A stretch of 64,000 nt of DNA from Diadema antillarum (lineage: Eukaryota): the NCBI RefSeq assembly GCF_040938485.1, contig NW_027271994.1:62001-126000 (forward strand), in the 5' to 3' direction. Position 1 is the first letter of the stretch. Each line of letters starts with the position of its first letter. The notes under the pieces were generated by a model, which was given only the letters and a program-made list of their open reading frames with translations, was not told the origin of the DNA and searched no databases. A program made the position numbers and the translations under genes. This document shows, one piece after another, positions 12,691-25,223 of this stretch.

Positions 12691-13127
12691 CCATTTTAAC
12701 GACCACAGATGTAACAAAATTCTTGTTACAACGAAATCGAAATTCAGATCCCAAAATTATCATAAATCTGCAGTGTATAATCTTTATACACTTTACTGTT
12801 CAGCTATAATGACATTTTGATATAATGTAAGAAAACTGCCAGTCACGAGGACTTCATTACAATGTGAGTGCAGTGTAGTTACACTTTGAACCACAAAAAA
12901 ATAAATTTACTTACTTGAGCCTTAGAAAACGTGTCCAACCACATACAGACACAGTGGAGACCATTCACTTGCAAACTGGTCTACTACATGAAAATGTATC
13001 ATGCATTACGTATTAGAGCATTGTACTTTTTCAATTTTTACCCTGCAATTATTACCGCAGTCAGTTTGTATGGTACATAATATTCATTTTTTCACTGCAT
13101 ATGTGGTTTAAAAGTCTTTGTGTCATA

Positions 13128-13800
13128 TCATTCATTCATTCATTTATTTTATTTTGTCACAGTACTGGGCTCAGCCAGAGGCTGTTTTTCAGCCAGTCCG
13201 TGAATTAAAAATACACGATACACAATGAATTGTACAATGCAAAAGTTACATAACTGAAAATGAGTAAAGAAACAAGTCAAAACAAAATGAAACACAACAA
13301 ATCATTATAACAAAAGTACAAAACTTAAGACCAACAAATATATACAGAATAAAATTATAATAAATTACACAAAATTTAAGAAATTTATCATAGTAAGGTA
13401 CACAAATGAAATCAGCTAATTGCAGACTGATCCCCACCCACTTATTTATACTAATCTCCAGTGTTTACTAAACTCAAATGTTTCATGTTATGAAATCATT
13501 CACCTGTCTCCTGAAATCATTCCAACCAAGCCCTTTTATCTCATTCGTTAAACTATTCCAAAGCCTTACTCCACTAAACAACAAACTTCTTTTTTTGAAT
13601 TCAGTACGGACTTTTGGTAATTGAAAATTGTTCATTTGGTGTCTAAGGTTGTGCTCATTATTCTTAAATTGAAAAACTTTACAAATAACATAAGGTAACA
13701 TTTCAAAAGCGACCTTATACATTGTATAAAAAGTTCGCTTTTTCCTCCGAATTTCAAGTTTATCAATTTTCAGTTCACGATACATGTATATCAGTAGATT
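13128..13800 (-). mobile_element. 5'-truncated LINE (L2/CR1/Crack-like): RT C-terminus + 3' UTR + (GAAT)n tail
   Basis: ORF 13483..13785 encodes …QLPKVRTEFKKRSLLFSGVRLWNSL…, typical of the L2/CR1-group ORF2 C-terminus. A 3' stem-loop (GGCTG/CAGCC, 13180-13194), AATAAA (13143-13148) and a tetranucleotide tail (13128-13143) follow. Confidence 0.75.
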
Positions 13801-14780
13801 CGGAGGGAAATACCCAGTTTACGCCCATAACTGTTTGAAGATTAAGCCGTTTACTCTGTGCTTCCAGTGAAAGTATATATGTCCAGATGACAGACTCAAT
13901 CTTTTCACATTACCTGGGCAAGAATGGTTGGTAGTACACACTTTAACAGCAGAAATGTCCTACACTAATACATGGACAATACCAGGTTTTCAAAGACTAC
14001 ACTTATATATTTTGTTGTTTTGATATGAAATGTCTATTTTGATATAAAATGTTACCAAAATCCCTTAAACACTGACAATGCTTGGCCATTTGGACTTGCT
14101 GTCTGTGTTGTCAATCACCTCTTCTGCTTCAAAGAGTAAATAGTGAACTCGATATCTTAGTCTCAGAGTAATTATTGAACATGCTCTCTTGGAACTCAAA
14201 TATTTCTAAGAACCCAATCTTGTTCCATCTCAATAATCTTGTCTCATTCATTCATTATGAGTAAAGCTACACTACCTGGCAACTGCATGTATACCGGTAC
14301 TCATGTGACCAAGTGCTTGATTAATTCCAAATGCAAAAATAGTGATTTTGGGTCCTGTATGTGTGATCTTTCAATTGTCATATTTAAATATAAACCTGAT
14401 TATCAATGGATAACAACAGCTAGCTCCACTCACATTGCCAATGTTCAACACAGTCAAGTGGCTAGAATTGGACACATCATAAAACATTTATAACCAGGTC
14501 ATGGGAAGAATTCTCAGCTTTGTTGAGCAAGTAATATTCAACAGGAGAAACATAACTTCCTGCCCTATGCATTGTATCGCCATAATCGCCATAGTACAAA
14601 TGTTACCACACACTTTCACATGCAAAGATTGGAATAAGAATAACAAAATGAAAATGGCATTTTGCTGCATCAGCAGAGGTATTTGGATGAAAATCCCTGT
14701 ACACAGAAGTAATTGATCTGATATGATTAAGTCAGAGACCAAATTAGTAGGAGTCCACTCTGAAGCATGACCATGACTAG

Positions 14781-17700
14781 TCATGGACTCTGCTGATCGC
14801 CATTTGATGACCCCTGTTGGCCAGCCTCTGCTGTCTGACCAGGATGTGGGATTCTGATCATGGTGTTCCTCTCCTCCGCCCTCAGTGGACGGGTGAAGGT
14901 TGCCGTGTCTGGCCACTTCACCTCCAGGGTCAGCGTCGGCTCTTGGTCTCCGAAGCCGAAGTGGGCCACAGGTTCCATTTGGCACAGATAGCCGGACCCG
15001 CCATCGATCACTCGGAGCTGGGACACACCATCTCCCGATGTGACCTTGACCAGGGCCCCACGGGCAGGGGCACCTTGTTGGGTCAGGGGCATGACCCGCA
15101 GCCAGTTGTTGTTTGCTCCCTGGCGAGGGCGGTAGACAGTGAGTGGCTCCTCGGCACTCTCTCCATGAGCCAGGATGAGTTCCAGTTGTCCATCTCCATC
15201 AAAGTCTGTCACTGCTCCACCTGGTGAAAAAAAAAGAATTGAATTATGTGAGGGGAAGATAAAGCTGAGGTCACATATATGACAGGCATTGTAGATACAT
15301 ACTCAAATAAGGCGATGCAGTGTTATATAATATGTGNNNNNNNNNNNNNNNNNNNNNNNNNNNNNNNNNNNNNNNNNNNNNNNNNNNNNNNNNNNNNNNN
15401 NNNNNNNNNNNNNNNNNNNNNNNNNNNNNNNNNNNNNNNNNNNNNNNNNNNNNNNNNNNNNNNNNNNNNNNNNNNNNTACAAAGACAGTTCATAAAATGA
15501 GAAATCTTTCAAAATGCATTTCATTGGTGATTGGTGGTCAGCGGTGATTGACAGTTCTCATGCTCCGCCAATGAACTTCAGTAAACAGGCACTTGAAACT
15601 GTACATGTATTCGGTGAGGATCATGCTTCACAACAGTATCTAACAGTTTGAATGGCTTTCATGTATGTTGCATGAGAGAGGGATCAACGGACCTGCCCTA
15701 AGCATGACTGAGTCATTCTTGAAGAAGTTGATGCTCTGTCTAAAATAAAAGAAAACCCCTACAACACGCTTGCCACACATACCTGTACCATGCCCAGTCT
15801 CCTCCACCGCTTTTCCAAGCTCAGTCTGCTGCTCAATCTGCACCCGCCCGTTCTCGGAGGGGCTGACCTTGAAGAGCCTATTAGGAGCCCACCCGCGGTA
15901 GGCGATGTTGTTGAAGAAGACCTCCATCACACCATCGTTGTCCATGTCTGCAGCGATGACCGTCCTGATAGGAGACGGTCTGGCAAATTCCGGGGTAGCT
16001 GCATCCTACAGGTGGGAAGATTTTCAACAGAAAGATTTACTTTAGAAATAAATACATCAAATCCAGTTATGATTGTCTTCAAGACACATTTATAGCTCAA
16101 GTATGCCTCCAAGACTTCATACTGAAATACACACTTCATGTTATGACAGGTGATATTATGTACACTTAAAAAAACAAAAGTAACATATCCATAGGATATA
16201 CGATAAACCCAAAACATCATCAATCACACCATAGAATGTATGTAGTATTGCCTTGGTGTTCTTTACATGTATACCTTTCGCACTGAATGAAACTAAGTGC
16301 ATGACTCTCCACATAGAAATGCACTCAATCAGGCATTAATGTTAATACATATTCGATGTGGTGGGGTCATACAGAGATTGTAGCTGTACTTCTTTTTCTA
16401 CATCATCCACACTGATTTTTTTTTTCTGCTAATGTGATTAGGGCCCAAAATATATATATGCTAATCTGCATCTTGGTATTGAAACAAACCTTGAAACGTC
16501 TCCTGCCTTGCCTCTCTTGCTGCAGATAGAGGCGGTGCTCTCCATTCCAGTTTCCATAGACAATGTCCAGCTTGCCATCTCCATTGAAGTCAGCCAGTGC
16601 AACACCTCGGCCATTGTTGTATGGGTCTGCCACACCTGTAGAGTAAACCATGGAAGAAATAGACATAACTGACACTATTCTCATGCGACAATCCTTTACA
16701 ACATTCAGAAACCTACAACAGAAGCTGACCCAGTAGGCCTATACAGGACATTGTGTTGACCTGAATAGTTTCAAGTTGATATACTGAAAAGTTGACTGTT
16801 GTGGGCTCAAGCATTTTCCACAACTTGTGACATGAAAAACCAAGTACATAGAACATTACAATGATCTATTCTACTCATATTATCGGTTGTATGCACATTA
16901 TTACTTTGCAGTCTTTTGTTGAATATGCTGTTAAACCTGTCCAAAATTTCTGAGATGTGGTTCTTCTGGTCCCTAATTATGTACATATGTGCAAACAGAA
17001 TACAATGTGGTCCATTCCTTGTTTATAATATCTTATCACTGCAATGAGACATAACCTGTCATGTTTGACAATAGAATAAAGAATGTTTCAAAGAACAAGA
17101 ATGTCAATTAACCATTGCACATTTCAAGCTCCTCCACACTCACCATGATCTTGAGCTACTTCAGTGAACACTCCTTGTCCATTGTTCTTGTACAGGAAGT
17201 TTGGGCCCCTCTCGTTGTCACAAAAGATATCAGACCTGCCCTCATCATTTAGAATGGGTCCAACTGTAACCCCTCTCCCTCCTGTTTGGAAAAAAAAAAA
17301 AAAAAAACACCTCTCAATGTCAGTCATACAAATGTGTGACTTCATCATGTTTTTTTTTTTGTGCAATATATGTTTTATAATAGAGCATGGGAATATTTCA
17401 GTAGTGGTATTGTCTTGAAAGTTATCTGAGTTACAGAAAAATGAGTACACATATGAATATAAAGCCGATCATGTTTCACTTTCAAGCCCTGATAAACTTC
17501 AAAGTGGGATGCCCCACACTAGAGGATGAAATCTTGATTATTTTCCATCTCATGAAATCTTACAACATCTTCTATTCATCCAAGATTCAAACTGATATTA
17601 CTAATTTACAAATTGCATTTCAGTGCAGAGTTCCTGGTAATGAGCCCCTGGCATAGGCGCCGGAAGTGGGGGGGCAGGGGGGGCGGCCGCCCCCCCAATC

Positions 17701-20700
17701 CAAAAAGTGGGGGGGCAAAACGCATTTTTGCCCCCCCAAAAAGCCCCCCCCAAAAAAAAAAAAGCCCCCCCCCCAAAAAAAAGTAATAATAATGATAATA
17801 AAAATAAATGAATAAACAAAGAAAATTAAATAGATATGTATATATATGAATAAAAGGGAAAAAATATGGCTACAAACGGCAGCTTTTGGACTGTAAAATG
17901 TCAAAATTTTCAAGCTCGCTCGCTTCGCTCGCTCGCATCCAGCAGTTGAGCCCGGTGCGCCTCCCCCTTAATTTCTAAAGCGAAAAACATAGCCACGACG
18001 GCAGTTGTTGGACTCTAGAATGTCAAAATGTTCAAGCTCGCTCGCTTCGCTCGCTCGCATTGAATCGTTATGCCATTCTCCTAATGTTGCTGACAGTAAT
18101 TGCCAGTAGTTGCGCCCGATGCCCCCACCCCTTAATGGGGTTACTGCCAAATTGCCAGCAGTTGCGCCCGATGCGCCGCCCCATTAATTTCCAAAGTGAA
18201 AGATAAAGCTACAAACCCCAGTTTTGGGACTGTAGAATGTCAAAATTTTCAAGCTTGCTCGCTTCGCTCGCTCGCATTGAATCGTTATGCCATTCTCCTA
18301 ATGTTGCTGCCAATAATTGCCATTAGTTGCGCCCGATGCGCCCCCATTTATTTCAAAGCGAAATATGTAGCTACAATTAAAACTCCAGTTTTGGAACTGT
18401 AGAATATCAACATTTTCAAGCTCGCTCGCTTCGCTCGCTCGCATTTTATTGTTATGCCATTCACCTTATGTTGCTGACAGTATATAATTTGTCGATCGTT
18501 TCACACCGTCATTCCATCCATGTAAGGAAAACTTACAATGTTCCTCAATGACTGCGTTGTTGAATGTATCACATTCCATAATGTATTGTAGTCCCATTAT
18601 TGCTCACGCACACACGCACAAGCATAGTACAGACCGTCAAAATTACTTTATGGTTCCCCCCATGTTTCGANNNNNNNNNNNNNNNNNNNNNNNNNNNNNN
18701 NNNNNNNNNNNNNNNNNNNNNNNNNNNNNNNNNNNNNNNNNNNNNNNNNNNNNNNNNNNNNNNNNNNNNNNNNNNNNNNNNNNNNNNNNNNNNNNNNNNN
18801 NNNNNNNNTGGTCTAATCTTGAGCCCCCTCCAATGTTTGCCCCCCCCCCAATCCAAAACTGCTTCCGGCGCGCCTGGCCCCTGGTGCTGAATTGGACATC
18901 TCCCATGCATCACAAAGTGAGGACCGCTTTAAAGGACAAGTTCACCTTCATAAACATAAGGATTGAGAGAATGCAGCAATATTAGTAGAACACATCAGTG
19001 AAAGTTTGAGGAAAATTGGACAATCGATGCAAAAGTTATGAATTTTTAAAATTTTTGTGTTGGAACGGCTGGATGAGGAGACTACTACAGCTTGTGAGTC
19101 ATATGCGTACAACAGTATAAAGAAAATGTAAAGAAAATTCAACATATTTTCACTTTTTTCGCATAATAAAAGAGCACTTGACTTGCCTCTTTCTAAAGGC
19201 AGGGGGAATAATATTACCCATAACATTTGTCGGTAACGAGTCGGGGGAATGTGTACTTTTTTCAAAAGATGAAATTTTGTGAAATTCTCTTTATATTTTC
19301 CTTACATTGTTGTACGCATGTGACATCTAAGTTATTCACACACTGCAGTAGTCTTCTCATCCAGCGGTTACTGCACAAAAACTTCAAAAATTCATAACTT
19401 TTGAACGGATTGTCAGATTTTCGTCAAACTTTCAATGATGTGTTCTACTAATATTGCTACATTCTCTCAATCCTTATGTTAATGAAGGTGAACTTGTCCT
19501 TTAAAGAAGAAAACAAACAATGCAAAGCAAGACAATGTCAACAGTCTCAGGTTGTTGTTGTTGATTTTTTTTTTGACTGATAATTCATAATACTTCCAAG
19601 AACTAGCACAATGCTCCTACTTTTTAGGAGACCTGTAAGACCAGGCAGTCAACACACAAGCACAAAAATTTGGTCAACTTACCAATGAATTTCCGGACCC
19701 CAACTTGACTAGCCACATTCTCGATCTTGATGGTTCCCTCCGACACGTTACTCTCCGCTTCATTCATCTCGATCATGGCACAGGCTCCGACGGGTGGAGA
19801 CAGCTGGTAATTTGCATAATTGGCCAAGTAGATGGAGTAGCGGCCAGTTCCCTTGCGATCAATGCATGCCACTGAGCGCCCTGGGATATTAATGAGATTG
19901 CTACTCAAGTAAATACATGAAAAAGTGGTATCACTGTAACATTTTGCTCTCTTGCACTATCAAAGCTTGTGGTCTTTCTGATGATTTCAAAGACTGACAA
20001 TAATACCACTGGGTTGTTTGAACTGTCTTCAGTAACTTTTGATTTTTTTTTCTTTCGTAAGCAGGATTTTTTATCGTCTCGCACTCAGACAGTGAAAAAG
20101 CAAAAAAGGCACAAAATATTTGAAGAAATACTGACACATACTAGTATGTGACCACCCAGCTTAAAACACCAAAAAGGAGACCAAACTTATATTCGAATTA
20201 TCCACAAAGATTATTAAAAACAGGACAATCCATTGAAAAAGTGATTGAAAAAGAGACTGTTAGGAGATGCAGATTCATAGAAAAGGAGAAATGGCAATCT
20301 TAAGATTAGGGTCACCTAAGTGTGCTGTGCAGAGGTATTGATGTTATTATGTTCTATTTCACAGTGAAGGCAGCACCTGTCCAAAAATGAAAAAAAAAAA
20401 TATGGGCAAGAAAAATTGCTAATATATGGATTCGATTTTGTACTAAGCCACCAGATTTTGACAGTAGGTAGATATCTCCCAGATACGACAAACGTGGGTT
20501 GTGGGTTTTGAGTTGGGCAGTCACATATATGTCACATGCTATTCCAGAAAACCAAAAAGTGTAGATATAAAGATGCACTCAAGATGTACTCGGTACTCTT
20601 ACCTGCAAAATCATTGGTTACATCAGCATTTGCAGAATCTGAGAGAACATCTTCATAGCGACCATTTCTCCACTTGAAGAGCTTGTCTGGATAGGACTTG

Positions 20701-21469
20701 GTCCCCCAGTAGGCCTGGTTCGTGTTGAGAAAGTAGATCTCCTCCCTGCCGTCGCCGTCGACATCACAGGCGCACACTCCAATGGCCTGACCCCCCTCAT
20801 CTCGTAGCCCGTAGAAGGGAGATGCTGCATCGTCGATGGCTAAGTTCTCCAGCTGGCTGGTGGTGTGGTTGTACTTTAGCACAAGGTTCGGTCCATTGAA
20901 CCTGCAGAACAGTGACATTGTGTAAAATAGCATACCGGTACTGTAAACACACTTGTTTTTCTTATATTCCTCCGAACATTCTTTAGTTCCATTCTAGGAT
21001 AGTAATGAAATCATTCCAAGACAATGCAATGCCAGGTAGTGAATGAATTAAATGATACAAGACCTCTTCAGTGCATGATGGAAAGTTTGGAAGTATTTAT
21101 CCATGCTATGGGCAGATGTGGATTGAGGATGGCTACTTACCCAGCAACAACAATTTCCAGTTCACCATCATTATCAACATCAGTCACAGCGATGCCATAA
21201 TTGAGCTGGGTCGGATTCGACTGGGCCGTGAGGACTTGTTCGCTCATGCTGACAAACCACGACGTGGGCGTGTCCACCGATGGACCTTGGCGAGATCCTG
21301 GCCTTTCCTCGGGGTAGATGTAATGGTAGTGATCGTTGTGCCGGTATCTGATTGGCTGTGCTGCCATGGCGACGCCAGATGGTGACGATTGGAAGGCAGA
21401 CCTCAGGAGGGCCACAGACACAAGGCCTGTCACACAGTGAAGGGTTGTGCGAAGAGTTTTAGCCAACAT
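14781..21469 (-). CDS. CRTAC1: Cartilage acidic protein 1-like (FG-GAP repeats + ASPIC/UnbV), 590 aa; complement(join 21141..21469, 20603..20901, 19683..19880, 17144..17281, 16490..16635, 15783..16005, 14781..15220)
   Basis: The exons total 1773 nt in one frame. Sequences SNPTQLNYGIAVTDVDNDGELEIVVAG, GVCACDVDGDGREEIYFLNTN, GRSVACIDRKGTGRYSIYLANY, GRGVALADFNGDGKLDIVYGNWNG and IDGGSGYLCQMEPVAHFG closely follow human CRTAC1 as recalled. There are five DxDxDG-type Ca-binding motifs and a hydrophobic N-terminal segment. Confidence 0.93.
15337..15477. other. Assembly gap (N run)
   Basis: 141 N; lies within a CRTAC1 intron. Confidence 1.
17652..18876. mobile_element. hAT-like non-autonomous element with 8-bp TSD and four internal GCTCGCTCGCTTCGCTCGCTCGC units (contains an assembly gap)
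   Basis: Imperfect TIR CATAGGCGCCGGAAG / CTTCCGGCGCGCCTG. A perfect 8-bp direct repeat GCCCCTGG lies at 17644-17651 and 18877-18884. Confidence 0.75.
18671..18808. other. Assembly gap (N run)
   Basis: 138 N; lies inside the hAT-like element. Confidence 1.
18930..19503. mobile_element. Long-TIR MITE family A, copy 2 (CRTAC1 intron), inverted relative to copy 1
   Basis: Same TIRs as 7630-8204; the internal segment is the reverse complement of that in copy 1. Confidence 0.85.
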
Positions 21470-21805
21470 GTTGGATTATCACACTATCTTGAGCTGAGTA
21501 AACTGTGAATACAGAAAGAGATATAGGCATATCACAGTTACAAGTATCCTTCGAATCCACTCCAATCTTGGCTTAGAAAATGAAGTTAAGGTGTAAGGGG
21601 AATTTCCCCGAATTTTACATGCCTAGCTGGATTCGGTGATTTGACCGGGAAAAAACAATGTTTTTGAGTGAAGTTTAGGGAACTTCAGACAAACTGTTCA
21701 AAAGGTATAATTGCTGTAGTTTTGTCAGATAGATCAATACATCATTATCATCATTGGTTTGGAAGGATACAAAAAATCTTGATGTCATAGAACTATTTGT
21801 ACATA

Positions 21806-21848
<43 letters not shown>

Positions 21849-22125
21849 GTATTGCCTTGTTTCTGTTCAAATGTTTGCAAATTGGTTGCTTTATAGCTTT
21901 TTTGCTTTTTTGTTTATGTCCCAGGCCCTTGAAAAAGACTGAGTCATAAGCTTGGGAGAATTAAAGGCATAGTGAACATACTGCAACGTCTGCCAGCAGT
22001 CATTCCTCTGTCACACCTATATGTTTGTGTGTGTGTGTGTATATATATGCACACACACACACATAAATGTGTGATGTGTGTGTGTGTGTGTGTGTGTACA
22101 GCTGTATATATATATATAATATATA
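21806..22125. repeat. (TA)n / (TG)n / (CA)n microsatellite cluster in CRTAC1 intron 1
   Basis: Read directly from the sequence. Confidence 0.9.
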
Positions 22126-22439
22126 CTGAAAATGCAATTTCAACTTTTTTGTTGTTGAAAAGTTCATATTTCCCAACTTCTTGCTTACACAAGTTATGAA
22201 AACACTGTTCTCCCTGTCTTCAAAAGGGGGGTAAATTGTTGTGCAGTATGACTTCCCTCTAAAGCATATTCAAGAAATAGTTTTATAGTATCTCCATAGT
22301 CTGTTTGGTTGTCGTAATGCATCTATTACAAATCATAGTTGGTGAGGAAAAGAGAGACCTAAAATTTCAAGGGAAGTCCTGATGATTAGGCTTTGCTGTT
22401 TATAGCATGTAAGGATTTACCATTAATCAAATATGGCTA

Positions 22440-22606
22440 CAGTGGCGGATGCACGAATTCTGTAAAGGGGGGGGCGTGACTAATATTTCTGGCGCCACTT
22501 CCGGGTTTCAATTCATTTTTTTTTCTTTTTATTTCTTTTTGTTTTTAACGAAAAATAAAGGGGGGGGGGCGTGCGCCGGTTGTGCCCCCCTCTGGATCCA
22601 CCACTG
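22440..22606. mobile_element. Short G/C-tract MITE (CAGTGGCGGAT…GATCCACCACTG)
   Basis: Inverted termini flanked by TA, with internal poly-G and poly-T tracts. Confidence 0.65.
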
Positions 22607-22619
22607 TATATATACATAC

Positions 22620-22660
<41 letters not shown>

Positions 22661-23520
22661 GGTGACTTGCATTTTTATAGGATAAATATATAATGCTACT
22701 GCACAGATTATCGACACACATGCAGCAGAACACTCAATTCAGCCTACTTAGCTGACTTTTTAGGCTGTGTTGATATTGCGGGAATAAAGGTGGGACCAAC
22801 CTCTTCCCTGCATTTTTATGACATTCGAGTCTGCGTCTGAGATCTACATTGTATATTAAATCAACAGTGGGCCTACAATAAATATACCACTAATACTGAT
22901 ATCTTGCACAGTATGAGAGTATAAAGACATGAGGAAGTCATTTGGCAATTCGATCCTTTGAAATACGAAAATAAAGAAAACAACCCTCCTGTATGGGTTT
23001 ACCAGGACTTACAGATCCATTCTTCAAGTCAAATACGTAAACAAAGTCAGCAGAGCAGCATGGTTTATTAAGATAAAGGCATAAATGTACTACACATACA
23101 CAGCACAGCTTTGTCGCCTCTGGTCGGGCTGGGCACATGAACATAAAACAGCTCCTTGATGAACACTTTGATCACCCCCATTCACTTACATTTTCCCGTA
23201 CAAGACAAACATTCATGATCCATAATTCCACCTCAATCTAAAATCTGTAAATGTGGAATTATTTTTCAACACCATTCCTTAAGACCTGCGAGTACATTTT
23301 TTGACATTTTCATCAACATTTCTCTTTCTTAAATCTGAACATATGGTAGTGTACACAACAGTGCTCGATCCTTGCAAACTGTAAATGTAAAACATCACAG
23401 AAGAAAATAGAGACAAACGATCAATTATACTCTCTATCTATTTTGATACTTCAGTCACTGCTGAGCAGTATATATCACGACACAAAAACGAAGTAAAATA
23501 AAAATATTCCTCAACATTAC

Positions 23521-23800
23521 CTAATCTCGTAACCCGCAGAGATGTCATATATTCACATAAAATGCTAATGGCAGACAATTTCTCCGGTTGGACGCGCAAC
23601 ACGGCTAGCCACTCGGCCTCGTTCTTCGAGAAAAATGCTGGTCAGTGGTCAGATCACACCTTTTGGTCCTTCACACCTCCCTGGTAGAGCCTATCGGACT
23701 GGCGAATGTATGCGAGATGTCTGCTGCTTGCTGGCTGTGCAGCGCTGGTGAGCTGTTATGAAATTTGACGAGTTACGAAAGCTCTGGGCAAGACTGGTAT
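23521..23800 (-). promoter_or_regulatory. Probable non-coding first exon / promoter of the CRTAC1-like gene (5' boundary uncertain)
   Basis: The ATG-bearing exon is preceded by an acceptor (…attcacag| at 21503-21504), so an upstream exon is required. A minus-strand donor AG|GTAATG lies at 23520/23521 inside a CpG-rich patch (~23560-24050). Confidence 0.45.
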
Positions 23801-24706
23801 AGCTTTGCATTCTCTGAGTCACGCATGGCATGCAGTTATTTCCTGTCTAAATCGGGTACCTGTCTCAGCACGAGACGTAAGCGCGCACGTGTACACAACA
23901 CCGAAGATTACATAACCACTCGACCATAACAAGCCGCGAATGAGGCACGGATAGAATTGTGATGTAATGATTATGAAAGGGAAAAAAGTTCTACAGGAAG
24001 CGCGCAATGACACGGAGAGGCTGAGGTGGTTTCCTAAAAAACGATCAAAACACCTATCTATAAAAATTGTAATATAACACAAACACACACATCCACGCAC
24101 ACACCACATACTAGTACATATACTTATGTATGTAGTGTGTGTGCGTGTGCGTATATGTATGTTAATCATATCATAAGTCATTTTGGGGTCTGTGAAACAT
24201 TCTTTTTAAGGTAAATATTTCATCCATAGTTTGCCCTCCTTATGCTGGGTCCAAGCCATATCTACAGTGCAGTTTATCATATTTCATGCTTCATTTTTAC
24301 AGTGTTTCCACTCAATCACAACACAATGACTCCCTGGTTCTATGCTCACATAATATCAGTGCTGTTTCCGGGGCTGTTTCTCGTTGGTAACAATTAATGT
24401 CTGATGTCAAATTTTTTCAAGAAACTGTATGGATTAAAAAAAAAAGGAATGTCGAATGCCCTTAGAGTAAGCTCACCTTTATGTAAAACATTCTTCTAAC
24501 TGTATGGAATATGTTGATTTTCTATAATACGGAAATAAAACAAACACGCGAACAAACCTAACCGTTAAAAAAAAAAAAAAGAAAGTGTTAGGAAAGGTGA
24601 GAGGGAGTAAAAGGATGGAAGCTAAGACAACAGCAGTACTTAAAGAGGAAATCCACCCCAAAAATTAATAAACTTCAAAAAAGAAAAAAAAACAAACAAA
24701 CAAAAG

Positions 24707-25223
24707 TATTCCCTAAAGAACGACACTAAAATGACAAGTATATTGGCTAAGAAATAGGGAAGATATGACATTTCAAAATTTCAGTTTCCCCCCCGAAAAC
24801 ATTTCTTGACCAGTGTAGCCTTCTGAATATTCAAATGAGCAAGTTTACGATGTCATGCTCTCACATAATTTCTTATTCATTTCATAATCACAAATAACAA
24901 TGATCTCATATTTCAGCAGTACAAATATAAAACCTGCCTTAAAACCACCCAAAATAAAAAAAGAACAAATATTAACTCTGACATATCTTGGTATGAGAAC
25001 GTGCTTTTACTTTTATTTGCTGAATATCGGTTTTTTTCAGAATTTCATATAATTCATAACATACATGAAAACTTGTGTGAATATGGCATCATCAACTCGC
25101 TCATTTGATTATTCATTAGGACTCGTCAAGAAATGTTTCGAAAAAATGTGAAAATTCAAAATGTCATATCTTCCTTATTTCTTATCCGATTTTTGTCATT
25201 TTCATATCGTTATGTAGGGAATA
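24707..25223. mobile_element. Long-TIR MITE
   Basis: TATTCCCTAAAGAACGAC…GATATGACATTT at the left mirrors AAAATGTCATATC…CGTTATGTAGGGAATA at the right. Confidence 0.7.

Noticed and set aside
14488-15227. 165-aa (-) and 136-aa (+) ORFs overlapping the last CRTAC1 exon
   Set aside because: Shadow frames of GC-rich coding sequence with no recognisable motifs.
15279-18985. ORFs containing X runs (15279-15547, 18548-18985)
   Set aside because: Artefacts of translating through N gaps.
21584-21770. U12-type signals on the minus strand (GTATCCTT at 21763-21770; CCTTAAC near 21585)
   Set aside because: The branch-point-like motif is ~80 nt from the acceptor, and no exon is evident upstream of the donor-like motif.
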